A stretch of DNA of 64,000 nt from Octopus sinensis (taxonomy: Eukaryota), in the NCBI RefSeq assembly GCF_006345805.1, contig NC_042999.1, forward strand, positions 10,788,001-10,852,000, given 5' to 3'. The notes under the pieces were generated by a model. It saw nothing but the letters and a program-made list of their open reading frames with translations, was not told the origin of the DNA and ran no database searches. Made by a program: the position numbers and the translations under genes. This document shows, piece after piece, positions 36,347 to 49,490 of this stretch (positions are counted from its first letter, which is position 1; each line of letters opens with the position of its first letter).

Positions 36347-36534
36347 ATATTCAATCTTCACTCGTTTATTACGGTTCTTATTTTAACTGAATAGAAGAAC
36401 AGAATGGACCAAGCAAGAGCACACATGAGGACGGATGGCGTCTTTGAGGCGGTCACAGATGTGTGACGAAAGATTTCCGAACAATGGACAGGAGTTAAAA
36501 TAAGAACAGTAATAAACGAGTGAAGAACGAATAT
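36347..36534. repeat. Inverted repeat element: 34-bp arms around a CpG-richer 104-nt core
   Basis: 36355-36388 tcttcactcgtttattacggttcttattttaact versus 36493-36526 agttaaaataagaacagtaataaacgagtgaaga (1 mismatch). Confidence 0.85.
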
Positions 36535-39099
36535 GAAGAGCGTGTGTTTATTTGGCAAAAATAAAAAAAAAAAACAAACAAAAAACACTATTCCGAAACA
36601 CAACAATATCTGTTTCAACACACGGTTTCACATCAGGAATCTTTAAACACAAATTCATAAACATATAAATAATTTCATTTAGTCATTACTCTTACTGAAA
36701 GAGTTATTTCCCTTGTACAAAAGCGAGTTACGTCCCCTGCATAAGATAAGTGATCTGATTGCTATCACCAGAAGTATACCTACAGCATAAATAAAATACA
36801 AAATATATGTAAAAAAAAAACCCCAGAGTAAGCCTAAGTCTTCCAAGTTGTCAAGTCTCAGACAGAACCCTTCATTTATGGAGGCGTCTTCGATTTTCTT
36901 TGTAATCTTTTATATTGAAGTAATAGTTTATTTCCAGACATTACTCCCTGAATCGGGGCTCAAAACCCTAGATTAAATAAAATTTGACAGTAGGGACAAA
37001 TCGAAATGCAAATTCAAAACAGAAACGGTTTTTAAACAGCTCTAAACAATAAATAGCTTTAATAATCCTCTATATCGTTCCTGCTGTATCAAAAGCGCAC
37101 TGGACTGCCTCCAAATATTTCTTCTTTCAAATAAGATACATCAATTTTTCAGTTTCATCATAAACTGAAGCTCATCTTAATTTACTGAACTTTCTTTACA
37201 CCTTTTCTCTTTGCATGAAGTTTGGTTTCTTTGTCCATAAAATTTATTAATATCTTTATTTTTACAAAATATAGGAAAAAAGTTGGGTTTTTTTCTTTTT
37301 GTAATTATTTATTAAATTATAACTCAAGGATAGGAAAACAGACTTTTTAAATAATTAAAGTATACTTCAGAGTAAGAAAAGAGATTTTTTTTTAACTCTT
37401 AAATTATATCCCAGAGTAGCAAACTAGATTATTTTTAACTATTAAGTTATATTTAAGAGTAAGAAAACAAATTTGTTTAACAATTTATTAAACCATATTC
37501 CAAAATAAACATTTTACATGATGTTTGATATAAGATGAAGTGTTGAAATTGAAATGAATGCATTGTGAAATCATTTATAGTAAATAGATTCTGCTCTTCT
37601 CGGATTGCTTTATTTTACTTATCAAATCTCACACAAAGAGCAAAATAGATTATCAGTAACCAGACCAAAGACTTTCATACTGTTACAAAATATATCAAAA
37701 TGACAGCAAAGTTATCTGAGACTACCACAAAGCAGTTCTTTAGATTGTATTAAAAAAGCAACAGAGGTAAAGTTAAACAATTAGCCCCTGCAGTTGTAAC
37801 AGGTTCTGCTTGCAGATGCACGTCCAACTGTTAGGATAGCTTGCTAAATGAAGAGGAGCTTTATCTATTCCATCAGCAGATGTATTCTACGATGTCCCAG
37901 GCAGAGACACTTGCAAGGATTCAATGCATCTGACTAGAAGCAGTAAAAACAGTGAATAACCAACAAGTGTCTTGTTAGCAGCTGGCAGTGTAAAGTTAAA
38001 ACCCAACTATGGTCAAATTTAAAATAAATTTGTCTCATATCTTACTCTCTCTCTTATCTTGCCTCCTACACAGGATGCCTCTCATTATAGAAGGGGGGGG
38101 AAAAAAAGAAAGGAAAAAAAAGACTATAATCTGCCTTAAATTTCCAATCAAGAATCTCTTTACCAACATACCATGTGCATTCTCCAGTATTTGATTAATA
38201 AAGTTTTTTTTTTTGATCTGGGGTGGGGGTGGGGGCTCACAAAAAAGCACAAAAATACGAGTTTAAGAATTTGCAAAAATTAAGTGAACTATATAAATGT
38301 TTCAACTTTTCCTTTTCAACAATTTCATTTTAGAAAATTGAATTAGTAAATTGTTTCTTATGCAAGAACAAGGTTTTAAATTGGTGGGCGTGGATGGGTT
38401 GGCAAGGGTGTAGGTTGGTTCTGTCAAACCCAACATTTGACTTCTACTTATCTTATAGAGCCCAGACGGATAAAAGGAAACTTCGATGTCAGAATGTAAA
38501 ACCAAAACCATATGCCATAGCTATTTCATTTGAGGTTAAATCAAAAGCCTAGAACACAACCAAGTTTTTCTTGTTCTTACAAACCTAAAAACATCATCTT
38601 TCAGACATCCATTCAATACATTTGAGAAGTAAAAAGTTAGGGTTTCTAACTTTATGCTTCTAGTCCAAATATTTCAACAGTAATAATCAATATTGAAGCA
38701 GCATAGATTCTTCTAATTGCCATATTTGCTGACTGCATTCCAAACACGGAACAGGAATGGGGCAGGGAAGATATTTAGGCACATTTTACTTAGCTCAATC
38801 CACAAACAAACATTACTTTCCTCGTCTTCAGCGAAACAATTTTTCTTCTTCACATCATAAACAAAACAAACATCAATAATCGAGGCACAATAAACAAATT
38901 TTATTTGCTTCACCATTATTCAATGCTGGAATTCAAACACTGATTGTTTTGTTTTTTTGGGGTTTTTTTCCCCCCTTAAACTCGTATTTCTGTTTTATTT
39001 ATTCACAGCAGAAAGTAAATCATTACAGAAACTCAGTCTTTCCAACCATATTCTCCTTCCATTTCTCTTCTGATTAATATATATGGAACTATATCTATC

Positions 39100-39285
39100 A
39101 TCATCATCATCATCATTTAACGTCTGTGTTCCATGCTAGCATGGATGGGATGGCATGTATGTATGTGTGTATGTATGTATGTATGTAGTGTGTGTATGTG
39201 TGTATGTATGTATGTATCCATACATACACATAAACTCATCACAACAGAAAAATATATATGTGTGTGTGTGTATACACACACACAA
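39100..39285. repeat. RTE tail stub plus (GTAT)n/(GT)n microsatellite
   Basis: (cat)n ttaacgtctgtgttccatgctagcatgg followed by gtat repeats. Confidence 0.75.
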
Positions 39286-39799
39286 GTATTCAGTCGACTG
39301 TGAAACGTGTAGGGAAGGATTGTTTCCCTTATCTAAATCACAAACTGTTGCAAGTAATAGAACTCCTGGCTGAGATTCTAACCTATGACACCTGAACATC
39401 TGCAAAGATTTGAAATACCTTTGAAACATCTCTTACATTTGGAAGGAACTTTTGCACCAAGTTTGGTCTGAAAACTTTTTTTAACTCCATACAAGTTTAT
39501 TTCATCTTGATTTAATCTTCACTGCCAGCATCTCTATTTCCGACTGCTAATTATCAGGTGTACTTAATAAGGTGTGAAAGTAATGAGGTAGCAAGTTACT
39601 GGGGACAATTCAAGAAAAACAGATTTACTCAAGAAGTGGTTCATTTATTATCACATAACTTTATGTAACTAAAATGTGTGCGGAAAATAATTAAAATAAT
39701 GTGAAGGCAATGATAAAATAGGCAGCACTCGTTAGAAAAACAACATGATTAGCAAAAACAAGGTTTTGTGTTAATGTTTAATACACACAATCTAATATG

Positions 39800-39838
39800 C
39801 ACACGTACACATGCGCACACACACAAAACACACACACA

Positions 39839-39878
<40 letters not shown>
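39800..39878. repeat. (CA)n microsatellite
   Basis: Direct reading. Confidence 0.95.
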
Positions 39879-39880
<2 letters not shown>

Positions 39881-40084
39881 GCAAAAAGATATGGAAAGAG
39901 ACTAGATGGCTTAAATAGCCTTGATGTTATCTATAATTTCAAATAAATATATATTTCAAATTTTAAAATATTTTTATATCTTAAAATATTTATATGTAAA
40001 TATAAAGAATGTATATACATTGGATCTTTAAATTCCAAAACAGGCTAAACCTGTCGAAGCATAACTTGTATAGTTAAATGTCTT

Positions 40085-40270
40085 GCTTAACTATTGATGC
40101 CAACTTACCTATGGCCACCCCAAGTTCTATGATACAAACTTCCAATTTTAAACTAATCTAAATTAAAATCTTCCATCAAAATTCCATGCTAATTCAAATC
40201 TCAAACACCAACTTAACAACGACAAAGTTAGTTTATCAAATTCTTCCTAGTTTTCGAATTTAATCGACAA
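40085..40270 (-). mobile_element. piggyBac-like MITE family 1, truncated
   Basis: ttctatgatacaaac...aaattaaaatcttccatcaaaatt...caaacacc. Confidence 0.6.
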
Positions 40271-41519
40271 AAGAATCAATATTGAACTTTGAGAAGAAAA
40301 TTTCTTATTTATTTGCTCAAAAACTGTAACTGAGATGCAGGTAAATAATTATTTCTATGCTTCATACTAATAAAAGAGATATTTCTATAAAAACTATGGA
40401 AATTTAGTTAAGGAAACAATTAAGTTTTGAGATTATTTAAAGAGATTTTTAGTAATTAGCTCACAAACAAGTTAGATGTTAAAAATGAGTTTAACATATG
40501 ATTTCATGGCTAAATATGTAATATTCTGATAGTTATGTCCATTACTGTATCAAATTGCTATGCAACGTGCAAGTGAAGAAGAAAAAATGAAAATTACACT
40601 AATGAGAACACATTTCCTTCTCACAAAGTCACAAAACGATTATTCTATTCAATTGTGTTTGGCACCAGATATAAAAGACATTTCCCTTTTCTATTTAACG
40701 GAAAAACGAAGTCAGTGAGTTATTGCCCTTGGGTAAGACTTTGGTTCTTCAAAAGAAAAAACAAAATCAATTTCCAGTTCTCTGGTTATTGGGAAACACA
40801 GCCACAAAAGCAACTGTGTTTTTTTTTTGATGGAAAATAAAATGAAAGCTATACAAATCCTGCCTGCAAGATGGCCATCTCTCTCTCTCTATGTATATAT
40901 ATAATTTTAATGCTTTTTAAATAACAAAAAGTTTAATGAATTAAACTTGTGGATTTCATATGAGCCACATTTAATAAAGGATTATCAAAAACAACAGAAT
41001 TGTCAAGAAAGCAATTTGTTACAAAAATCTAGTCAGCAATGAGAAATTGGTAAAAGTCTTCCACCAAGATTATGGTTTTCACAAAAATACAAATCTGAAA
41101 TTCAAATGACACTAACCATTTTCCAATTTGGTAATTTAATAACTAAAATCATTTAATTAATTAGTGAGAATGATGTAATAGACTCTGCCAGGGCAGAATC
41201 ATTTTTTAGAAATTGTCTGGAAATAATATTTCTGTGTCAATGGGAGCTAATCAAGGGTAGTTCTAGTTTTAAAATGTATAATCCACACAACCTGGACAAA
41301 AGACTTCTGAATAGCATTCTAATTTGTTGGATAAAACAAAATTCAATTCATACAAAAAAAAAAAAATACCATATTGCCATATAACAGTAAATGCGTTGAT
41401 CTCAAGAAGCTAATTGCTTTGACTCCAAAGGAAATACGAAACAGTCTCAAAGATCCCTTATATCAATGGAGCATGTCATGAAGAAAAAAATTATTCTCTG
41501 AAAACAGAATATAACAGTA

Positions 41520-41850
41520 ATAGCATATTCATATTCAGATCTGCTGGAAAGGGTTAAAAGTGAGTGCTTTTGTCATTATTTTGATTCTCACTGTTCTCCA
41601 AGATCATTATGAATTATCATCAGTTTGGCTGATATTAGCAAGTGTCAGCAAATAATTAGTTTGTGAATTCTATACAGAAAAGATACAAATCTTGTTTTGA
41701 TTCATTGACATTGGAATAGCTTTGACTGAAAGAGACACAACCAAGGTGAAACACCAATGTCTCAAAAGACTCTTTGCTTCAACGAATCATGTGTGTTGTG
41801 AAAACACATTGTTTGAAAGGAGAAGTTATTCATCCAAAGATGAAATATAA
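41520..41850 (+). repeat. Unclassified old dispersed repeat (longest copy)
   Basis: Aligns with 30705-30975, 31420-31790 and 1640-2035. Confidence 0.75.
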
Positions 41851-42519
41851 GTGATTAGCATATTAATGCTCAAATCTGCTAAAACATTAAAAATGAATTT
41901 GTGCTAATGTTTTAATTCTCCATGTGTAATTTATTCTGACATAGTTTTTTTTATCTTCAAATCAAAAGATCAACAACTGGGCACAGAAGAGTCTTCAGCT
42001 CTTAATATAGGAATTGGTTTTGCCTAGGTTACTGCCGTTTGTTTGCATGTTCCCTTCCCTCCCATCATTCCTCTGCAGTCTCTTAGATTCCTTACTGAAA
42101 CAATAATCTTTAATCAACTAGATATAGGGAGATCAGTAAATCTTGCAAAACATCTGAAAATCAAATTTCCTCTAATGGAAAGAACAATTTTAAATGTCAA
42201 CTGGCCAACACAAATAGAACCACAGGAATGTTAGTTCAAAGACAGCTCGTAAATGCATATTATTCTGTTTGAATTACTATCTGTAAATAAATGTCAGTTA
42301 CCTACAAACACCTAAATACATCTCCAAAGTTTCAAAACTAGAATTTGACACCTTCCTTAAATTATTATCATACTCAATTGATACAATTATCAAATTATCT
42401 CAGCTGAGGTAACCAACCATTTACCAAAGTTTTTGCTGAGAGGAGATCATCTTGAATTAGCTACGTTTGCTTATAATTCATTCAACAATTATCTAAGCCT
42501 CCAAACAGGACATCGTTGT

Positions 42520-42750
42520 TTTCACATCCATTTTTTCCATGCTTGTCGGACAAAGTTTACTGAAGCAGCTTTTCACTGGCCGCATGCTCCAAATGTCGCT
42601 ACCTCTTACCTATTTCCAAGCAATGTAATATTGCCTAACAACGGGATATTTTTCACAGAATACTGGAAATGAGTAACACTGCTTCCATAACAGTGATATT
42701 CAGTTACAACAACCACACAATATCAACACAAGGAGACACTAACACACATA

Positions 42751-42794
<44 letters not shown>

Positions 42795-42925
42795 AGACAC
42801 TTATACAACAAGCTTCTTCAGTTTCTATCTAACAAATCCTCAGGGGTTATAGTAGAAGACATTGCCCAAGAGGTCACACAGTGGGACTGCACCCTAAACC
42901 ACAAAGATGGGAGGCAAACTCCTCC
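42520..42925 (-). mobile_element. tRNA-SINE with RTE-like tail and (TA)n spacer
   Basis: catccattttttccatgcttg...atttccaagcaatgtaatattg...cttcagtttctatct...cagtgggactgcacc. Confidence 0.7.
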
Positions 42926-44246
42926 CTTTTTATGATGTAATAAACACTATATTCCCTAAATGAAACTAAAGCAGCATAAATAAGGAGTTAAATGTGTAAG
43001 TTGTTACCAGCCGTTGAATTACTTCCCTCTGAATTTTAGGTCTGTTTGTACAGGGGTGGCTGGGGCCAGTTGACAAACAAATATTCAATAGGCATGTGTG
43101 CACAGTAACAGGAAAGCAAAAAACACTCACAACAATCAAAAAAGTAAATCAGGCAAGAAGAAAAAAAATTAAGAAATTGCTTTTAGCTAGAAAAACATTA
43201 AATTGTGAACAGTTTATCAGAATGTAACTGTTGAGAGACTTCATGAAATTCTAATTGAAATGAAATCAATGAAAAAACAAACAAACAAATAACAGTCTCA
43301 ATGCACAAAGTCAAAAAGTAGTGAAACAAAGGGTAAGAATAGATGCCAGCTCTCTGTGGATTTGATGAGTTTAGTGGGGAGGAAAATTCAATAAAAATTT
43401 CACCCATCAAGAAAACTTAGTTTCTGATTTAGTTTACAGACCAAGGTACAGAAGGAAATTTGTTTGATAAGCAGAAATTAGGATCAGCTCAGAAATGATA
43501 ATATAATGGCTGAGTATGGTTGTTGTATCTGTGTGTCTGTGTGTGTGTGTGTTTGGATGAATTAATGATTATCATATCACCATAGCAACAATGAATGAAA
43601 TAAATGAAGAGAGCAAAAAAAAAAAAAAGAAATGGGAAAAACGTGCTTGCCAAGCACATAATATCATTCGTTTCAATCAAATTTATTCATAGCAATTCAT
43701 ATAAGATCCAAAAGTAATTATGGCTGAACTGTTACAGAAAAAGAGATCCCTTTCTTTGAAATTTTAGATGAATCGCAAAGGGCAACAGCAGAGGATTCAC
43801 TTTGAGTCAGACTCTCCCTAACAAGAATCAATATTCCAGTGGAAGTATAAGGGTCAGCAATTCTCAAGATATCTAAACAACATTAACAAATCTAATGCCA
43901 AGACTAGTCAATCTATAGAAATAAAGGAACAAAGGATTATATTTCTTCATAAAAGAGGGTGAAGTAGAAAAATCTGCTGTTGAACCATTTATCAAGAATG
44001 ATGAAACCAAGATTTTCTTTTTCTTTTGGGCCACATCCCATACAAACATTTCACACACACACACACATGCAGTACTTTAGTATTATGTTAAACAGAAAAG
44101 AAATTCCATGATCTAGTCTAATTCTTTAAAAAATATATACTCACAAATTTCAAAATTCCACAAATGCAAAGATAAACATTTTGGAAGAATAAAATTTTAT
44201 AAGAAATTACTTTCCGATAATGGACATTATAAATATATACACACAA

Positions 44247-44303
<57 letters not shown>

Positions 44304-44326
44304 TGCATATCTGTATGCTTATATGC

Positions 44327-44702
44327 AAAAGTGGCTGTGTGGTAAGTAACTTGCTTACCAACCACATGGTCCTCGGTTCAGTCCCACTGCATGGCACCTT
44401 GGGCAGGTGTCTTCTACTACAGCCTTGGGCCGACCAAAGCCTTGTGAGTGGATTTGGTAGATGGAAACTGGAAGAAGCCCGTCATATATGTATATGTGTG
44501 TGTGTTTGTCCCCACCAACATTGCTTGACAACTGATGCTGGTGTGTTTACGTCCCCGTAACTTAGCGGTTCGGCAAAAGAGACCAATAGAATAAGGACTA
44601 GGCTTACAAAGAATAAGCTCTGGGATCAATTTGCTCAACTAAAGGTGGTGCTCCAGCATGGCCACAGTCAAATGACTGACACAAGTAAAAGAGTAAAAGA
44701 GT
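44327..44702 (+). mobile_element. Full-length tRNA-SINE
   Basis: gtggctgtgtggtaagtaacttgcttaccaacc...ggttcagtccc...acaagtaaaagagtaaaagag. Confidence 0.92.
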
Positions 44703-44711
44703 ATGTCTTAT

Positions 44712-44959
44712 ATCTGTTACTTGTTCCAGTCATTAGAGCGTGGCCAGACTGGGGCAGCAACTTGAAGAATTTCTTGTCAAATGAATCAACCTCAGAACTT
44801 CTTTTTATAAGCCTGGTACTTATTCTATCAGTGTCTTTTGCCAAACTGCTAAGTTATGGGGACGTAAACATACCAGTGCCAGTTGTCAAGTCGTTGTGTG
44901 TGGTGGTGGGACAAACACAGACAGAAAGACACATGTGTGTATATATGTGTATACACATG

Positions 44960-44995
<36 letters not shown>

Positions 44996-45078
44996 TACAA
45001 AGGCTTTGGTTGGCCCAAGGCTATAGTAGAAGATACTCACTCAAGGTTCCACACAGTGGGACTGGACCCAGAGCCATA
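44712..45078 (-). mobile_element. tRNA-SINE, same family, tail-to-tail with the preceding copy
   Basis: tacttgttccagtcatt...tcttttgccaaactgctaagttatggggacgtaaaca...ccaaggctatagtagaaga...cagtgggactgg. Confidence 0.85.
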
Positions 45079-45341
45079 TCAGTAATATACCAGTCTAGAA
45101 GTTATGTGCTTTTCTATATGCACATCATCTACACAGCTAGTTACTTAAAGTTAATAAAAAGCGAACCCTTAGAATAAGGGTTGCTATTATCATCCTAATT
45201 CCAACAACTTGTATTATCATTGAAACTGCCATCACAAGACAAGACATTGAATTGCTTAATATAAATGAACTAAAGCTGTAATTTACGTAGCATTCTTGGA
45301 TATTTTGAACAAATCTCATCTTTTTTAACACCAAGTGACCA

Positions 45342-45570
45342 AGGAGGTGAGATGGCAGAATCATTAGCACTCTGGATGAAATGCTTAGCAGTATTTCACC
45401 TGTCGCTACATTCTGAGTTCAAATTCCGCCAAGGCTGACTTTGCCATTCATCCTTTCAGAGTCAGTAAAATAAGTAGCAGTTGAACAATGGGGTCGATGT
45501 AATTGACTCATCCCCACCTCCCCAAGCTGCCCCCCCCCTGGTGGCAAAAGTTTGAAATAATTATTAAGAA
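45342..45570 (+). mobile_element. tRNA-derived SINE, distinct family
   Basis: ggtgagatggcagaatcattagc (A-box-like), gagttcaaattcc (B-box-like), cattcatcctttc...aaaataagtagcagttg...ggggtcgatgtaattgact. Confidence 0.85.
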
Positions 45571-45599
45571 GAGGTTGCGAGCTTTGACTGAGAAAAATG

Positions 45600-45990
45600 C
45601 ATACAAATCAATCATATGGTTTTTGTTTCACCGCAAGGCTCCTGGGGCAAGCGTTATCTACTATAGCCCAAGGCCAAACAAGGTGTTGTGTAGGCAGAAA
45701 CTAAAGGGATCCTGTTGTGTGGGTGTGTGTGTGTGTGTGTGTGTGGCCTTGTCTTGACATTACATGATAGTTGCAAGTGAGTGCCACTGTCATACAAGTG
45801 TTATGATTTCAGTCTTCTGCCAAAACCATGCCCAGACAAGAGGAAGAAACAATACCTTACTTGGAAACAGGTGAGGGTTGGCAACAGGAAGGGCATCCAG
45901 CTGTAGAAAATTTGCTTCAACAAAATGCTATCTGACCCATGCAAGCAAGGAAGAGTGGAGGTTAAAAAATTGACGATGAGGATGATGAAT
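45600..45990 (+). mobile_element. Decayed tRNA-SINE head + (GT)n + RTE-like tail
   Basis: ctactatagcccaaggccaaac...cttggaaacaggtgagggttggcaacaggaagggcatccagctgtagaaaa...gacccatgcaagc. Confidence 0.78.
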
Positions 45991-46227
45991 CACACCTTTT
46001 GAATTTTACATGACAACCAGCAAAAGTAGACTGATTAAAACATACGGCAAACAAATACACGTATCGAGGATTTTATAGTTCTACAAAACCTCGTTACTTT
46101 GTCTTTGGATGCCATATTTTATAAACACGCCATATTTTATAAACACGCCATTTTCTCTTCATTTTCATCATCAAGTAAGAATTTTTTTTAATGCAACTCC
46201 TGCACTATGGACATCGTCATCCACTAT

Positions 46228-46246
46228 TGTGTGTGTGTGTGTGTGA

Positions 46247-46300
<54 letters not shown>

Positions 46301-46330
46301 TGTGCATGTATGTGTGTTTGTATATGTCAT
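46228..46330. repeat. (GT)n microsatellite
   Basis: Direct reading. Confidence 0.95.
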
Positions 46331-47505
46331 GCCCTATTTTACACAGAGTTAGGGTCTTGGTTTCTGTTTCTTAGTATTTCTATTTTTACTTTTCCCCTTT
46401 CTCTTTTCCTTAGACTGGAATGCTACAATAATAATCGTAGGTGTTCACGTTTTGGTTTGTTTACCTTTGATGAAAAATGTCAATGTGATTAACCTTTATT
46501 TTTCTACCAATCCCACTACGACCACCATCACCATCAATATCACAACCATGACCACCACCACCACTACCATCATCATATATATTGCCATATTATTACCAAT
46601 ATGGTAATGCTATAGCTTCCTGACAGTTATTTCTTCGAAGTAAATTTTTCTGTCTACATTTTCTTTTTAAAATAAACAAACGAATTCTTTCAAACATGAC
46701 AAATCCATGAAGAAAATATTTAGTAATTCTGACAATCTGAGTTGGTTTATACATACATAACTGTGGAGCAGTACCATAGACATTAATTTAGCAACTGTGG
46801 CAAGAATAGCTAATTCAAAATGTATGTATATTATTTACGTGTGTGTGTGTGTGTGTGTGTATGTGTGTGTAGACTTTTGTTTGCTTTAGGTTGTTCTATG
46901 TACATAACTGTAAATATGACACACACAAAGTTTTGGCTGAGATAAGACAAAAACTCATCTGAGCAAAGAGGAATGTAAAAAAACAGGGTAAGTTCAGGGA
47001 CAAAGTGCAGGGCAAGTTTTAGTTGTCAAGAATTGTCGGTGTAACAAGAAATAAAAATAACAATCTAGCATCAAATTTCCATGAAAGAAATTTTATTTGT
47101 TTGCCCTAATGTCAATATGCAACTAGCCGAGCTTAGAACTCGATTCACTGTTTTGTTTGTTTGAATCAGAGCATAAAGAAAAAGAAAGGGAAAAAGAAAC
47201 AATGTTTAATAGTGTCTCATGTTTGCCCTTTGCTATTTTACTGAGAGAAACAGTTTATTGAATATCATCAAAGAGATCAAAACCAGGAATAACAAAAGAG
47301 GAAAATTCACTGCACTCATACATACATGCATGCATACACACATACACACACGCGTCCATGTGTGAATATGCATATGTGTGTGTGTGTGTGTAGTAGTTGT
47401 TCAATGAGTCTACAGCTAGCAAAAACACACAGCACTTAGATATCAAGAAATATTAGATCAATCATGGCAGTAGAGTTTAGAGTGTGTGCGTATGTATGTG
47501 TGCGT

Positions 47506-47536
<31 letters not shown>

Positions 47537-48084
47537 CACATAAATATATATATAAGCTTCATAAAAGAAATAAATTGTGATAATAATGATGATATGGGCA
47601 GTATATTATGATGACGATGATGACGGCAGTGATGACAGAGATGACGATCTTCCAATGATAAAGGCATGCGATATAGCCTCCATTCAAGTGCGATCCAGAG
47701 TAATCTATCCACAGCCTACTGTGACTGGAATCAATATGAAGTTGGTAAAATTCAAAATCTCTCTTCTTTTCTTTCTCCTGCTGCTGTAAACGACAACACA
47801 CAAACTCTTCACAAATAACTGAGTGAAGATAAATTTTTTTATAATTCCATGCAGTATTTTTTTTATTTTTATGTGGTACAAAAGGAATAGTGTAAAAGAT
47901 GTGCTAAAACATCACATTTATCAAAGAAAAATATTAGATATGAAAATTGAGAGACATTCTTTGTGGTTATTGTATCAAACAACAACAGTATAGAGAGTGA
48001 AAATGTTAATAATGAATTTAAAAAGTAAGCTCCATCTAGCCATTGCCAAATGGTAAATATTGTATAGGGTGTTACAGTCATTAC

Positions 48085-48490
48085 CATTTTTATATGCTTG
48101 CATGGGTCAGATGGACTTCATTAAGGTAAATTTTCTACAGTTGGATGCTCTTCATATCACCAACCCTCACCTTGATTGCAAGCAAGGTAAAATTCTTCCC
48201 ATGCTTGGATACGTGTTTATGGAGGATTGGGAATGAATAACACTGTTTCTGTGGCAATTAAGTGCCTTTTGTAATTAATGTGTGATGTGAAGACTAAGAG
48301 AGAGAGATTCACACACACATACACACACACACACACACACACAGATGTAACAAGCTTCTTTCAGTTTGTATCCCTTAAATCTAATGTTAAGGCTTTCATA
48401 GGCTCAGATGATGCCATGCATGGGGACTGAACCCAAAGACATGGGTGTGGTTGGAAAGCCGGCTTCTTAACCAGACAGCCATACTGCTGC
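48085..48490 (-). mobile_element. tRNA-SINE with RTE-like tail
   Basis: atgcttgcatgggtcagat...ttggatgctcttcatatcaccaaccctcac...ggggactgaacc...cttcttaaccagacagccatac. Confidence 0.75.
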
Positions 48491-49344
48491 CCCACAAGCA
48501 AACCTTTCATAAACAATTCATTAACAACCAATCAAGCAGTAGTAGTAGTAGTATATATATCAAAACCATATTGTCGTTACAGAAATGTATGCTATGGTAT
48601 CAAGAAGACAAAAACAGAGACATGTAGACAAAACAATGACTCTGAAGGATCTGAATTGAAAACATTATGACATGACTATCCAGTGAAATCAATGATGCTA
48701 ATATACAAACAACAGCAAAAGTCATTGGAATCAATACAAGTTCTGACATCATTCTACTGACAATCAAAATGACATTTTTACACAACATCTAAACACACAC
48801 TTTTTACATAAACTACTCGAAATATGAGACATTAAAATGCAATGATGGTAAGAGCAAAGAAATCTATTACTACACAAAAAAAGCAAAAAGAACGTCTATA
48901 TAATAATAGCTGATAGAAATATCAGTTGGTTGGTTGCTTCATTTCTCCAGTCACACTTAACATCCTAAGGCAAGAGCTGAAGGGAGATACAGAGATGCAG
49001 GATAAGTGGAGAGAAAGTATTCCAGAGACAGAGGGTTTATCAGAGAAGTAATACCAATTTAAAAAAAAATTGTTTCATTCAATTTAAAGTAATAAATATT
49101 TTTCTTTGGAAAATTACTATTCACATCACATTTTATAGAAACACCAAGAAATTTGATAAAAGTTAAATTTTAATAATTATTGCTTGTATGCCACATTTCC
49201 TGATATTACCCATGGCGGCAAAAAAGTACACTCCCAAAGTTACTTTTCATATGATAGGTAACACCAGTCAAAATAAACACACCAAAAACTACATAAAGAA
49301 ATTACTGATAACTCTTATAAACAAAATATACACAGGAATATATA

Positions 49345-49490
49345 GGGGCCAGCATGGCTGAGGGGTTACAAAGTTTGCTTCTCAACCACATGGCTTCTGT
49401 TTCAGTCTCTGTATGACACTTTGGGCAAATGTCTTTTACCATAGCTCTGATTACCAAAGACTTCTGAGTGGATTTTGTGTGAATATAGAA
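49345..49490 (+). mobile_element. tRNA-SINE head/core fragment
   Basis: catggctgag...aagtttgcttctcaaccacatgg...gggcaaatgtcttttaccatagc...gagtggatttt. Confidence 0.6.

Noticed and set aside
46113-46152. Short direct duplications (gccatattttataaacac x2; also tcttctatggtaga x2 near 52863)
   Set aside because: Ordinary replication-slippage duplications with no further structure.
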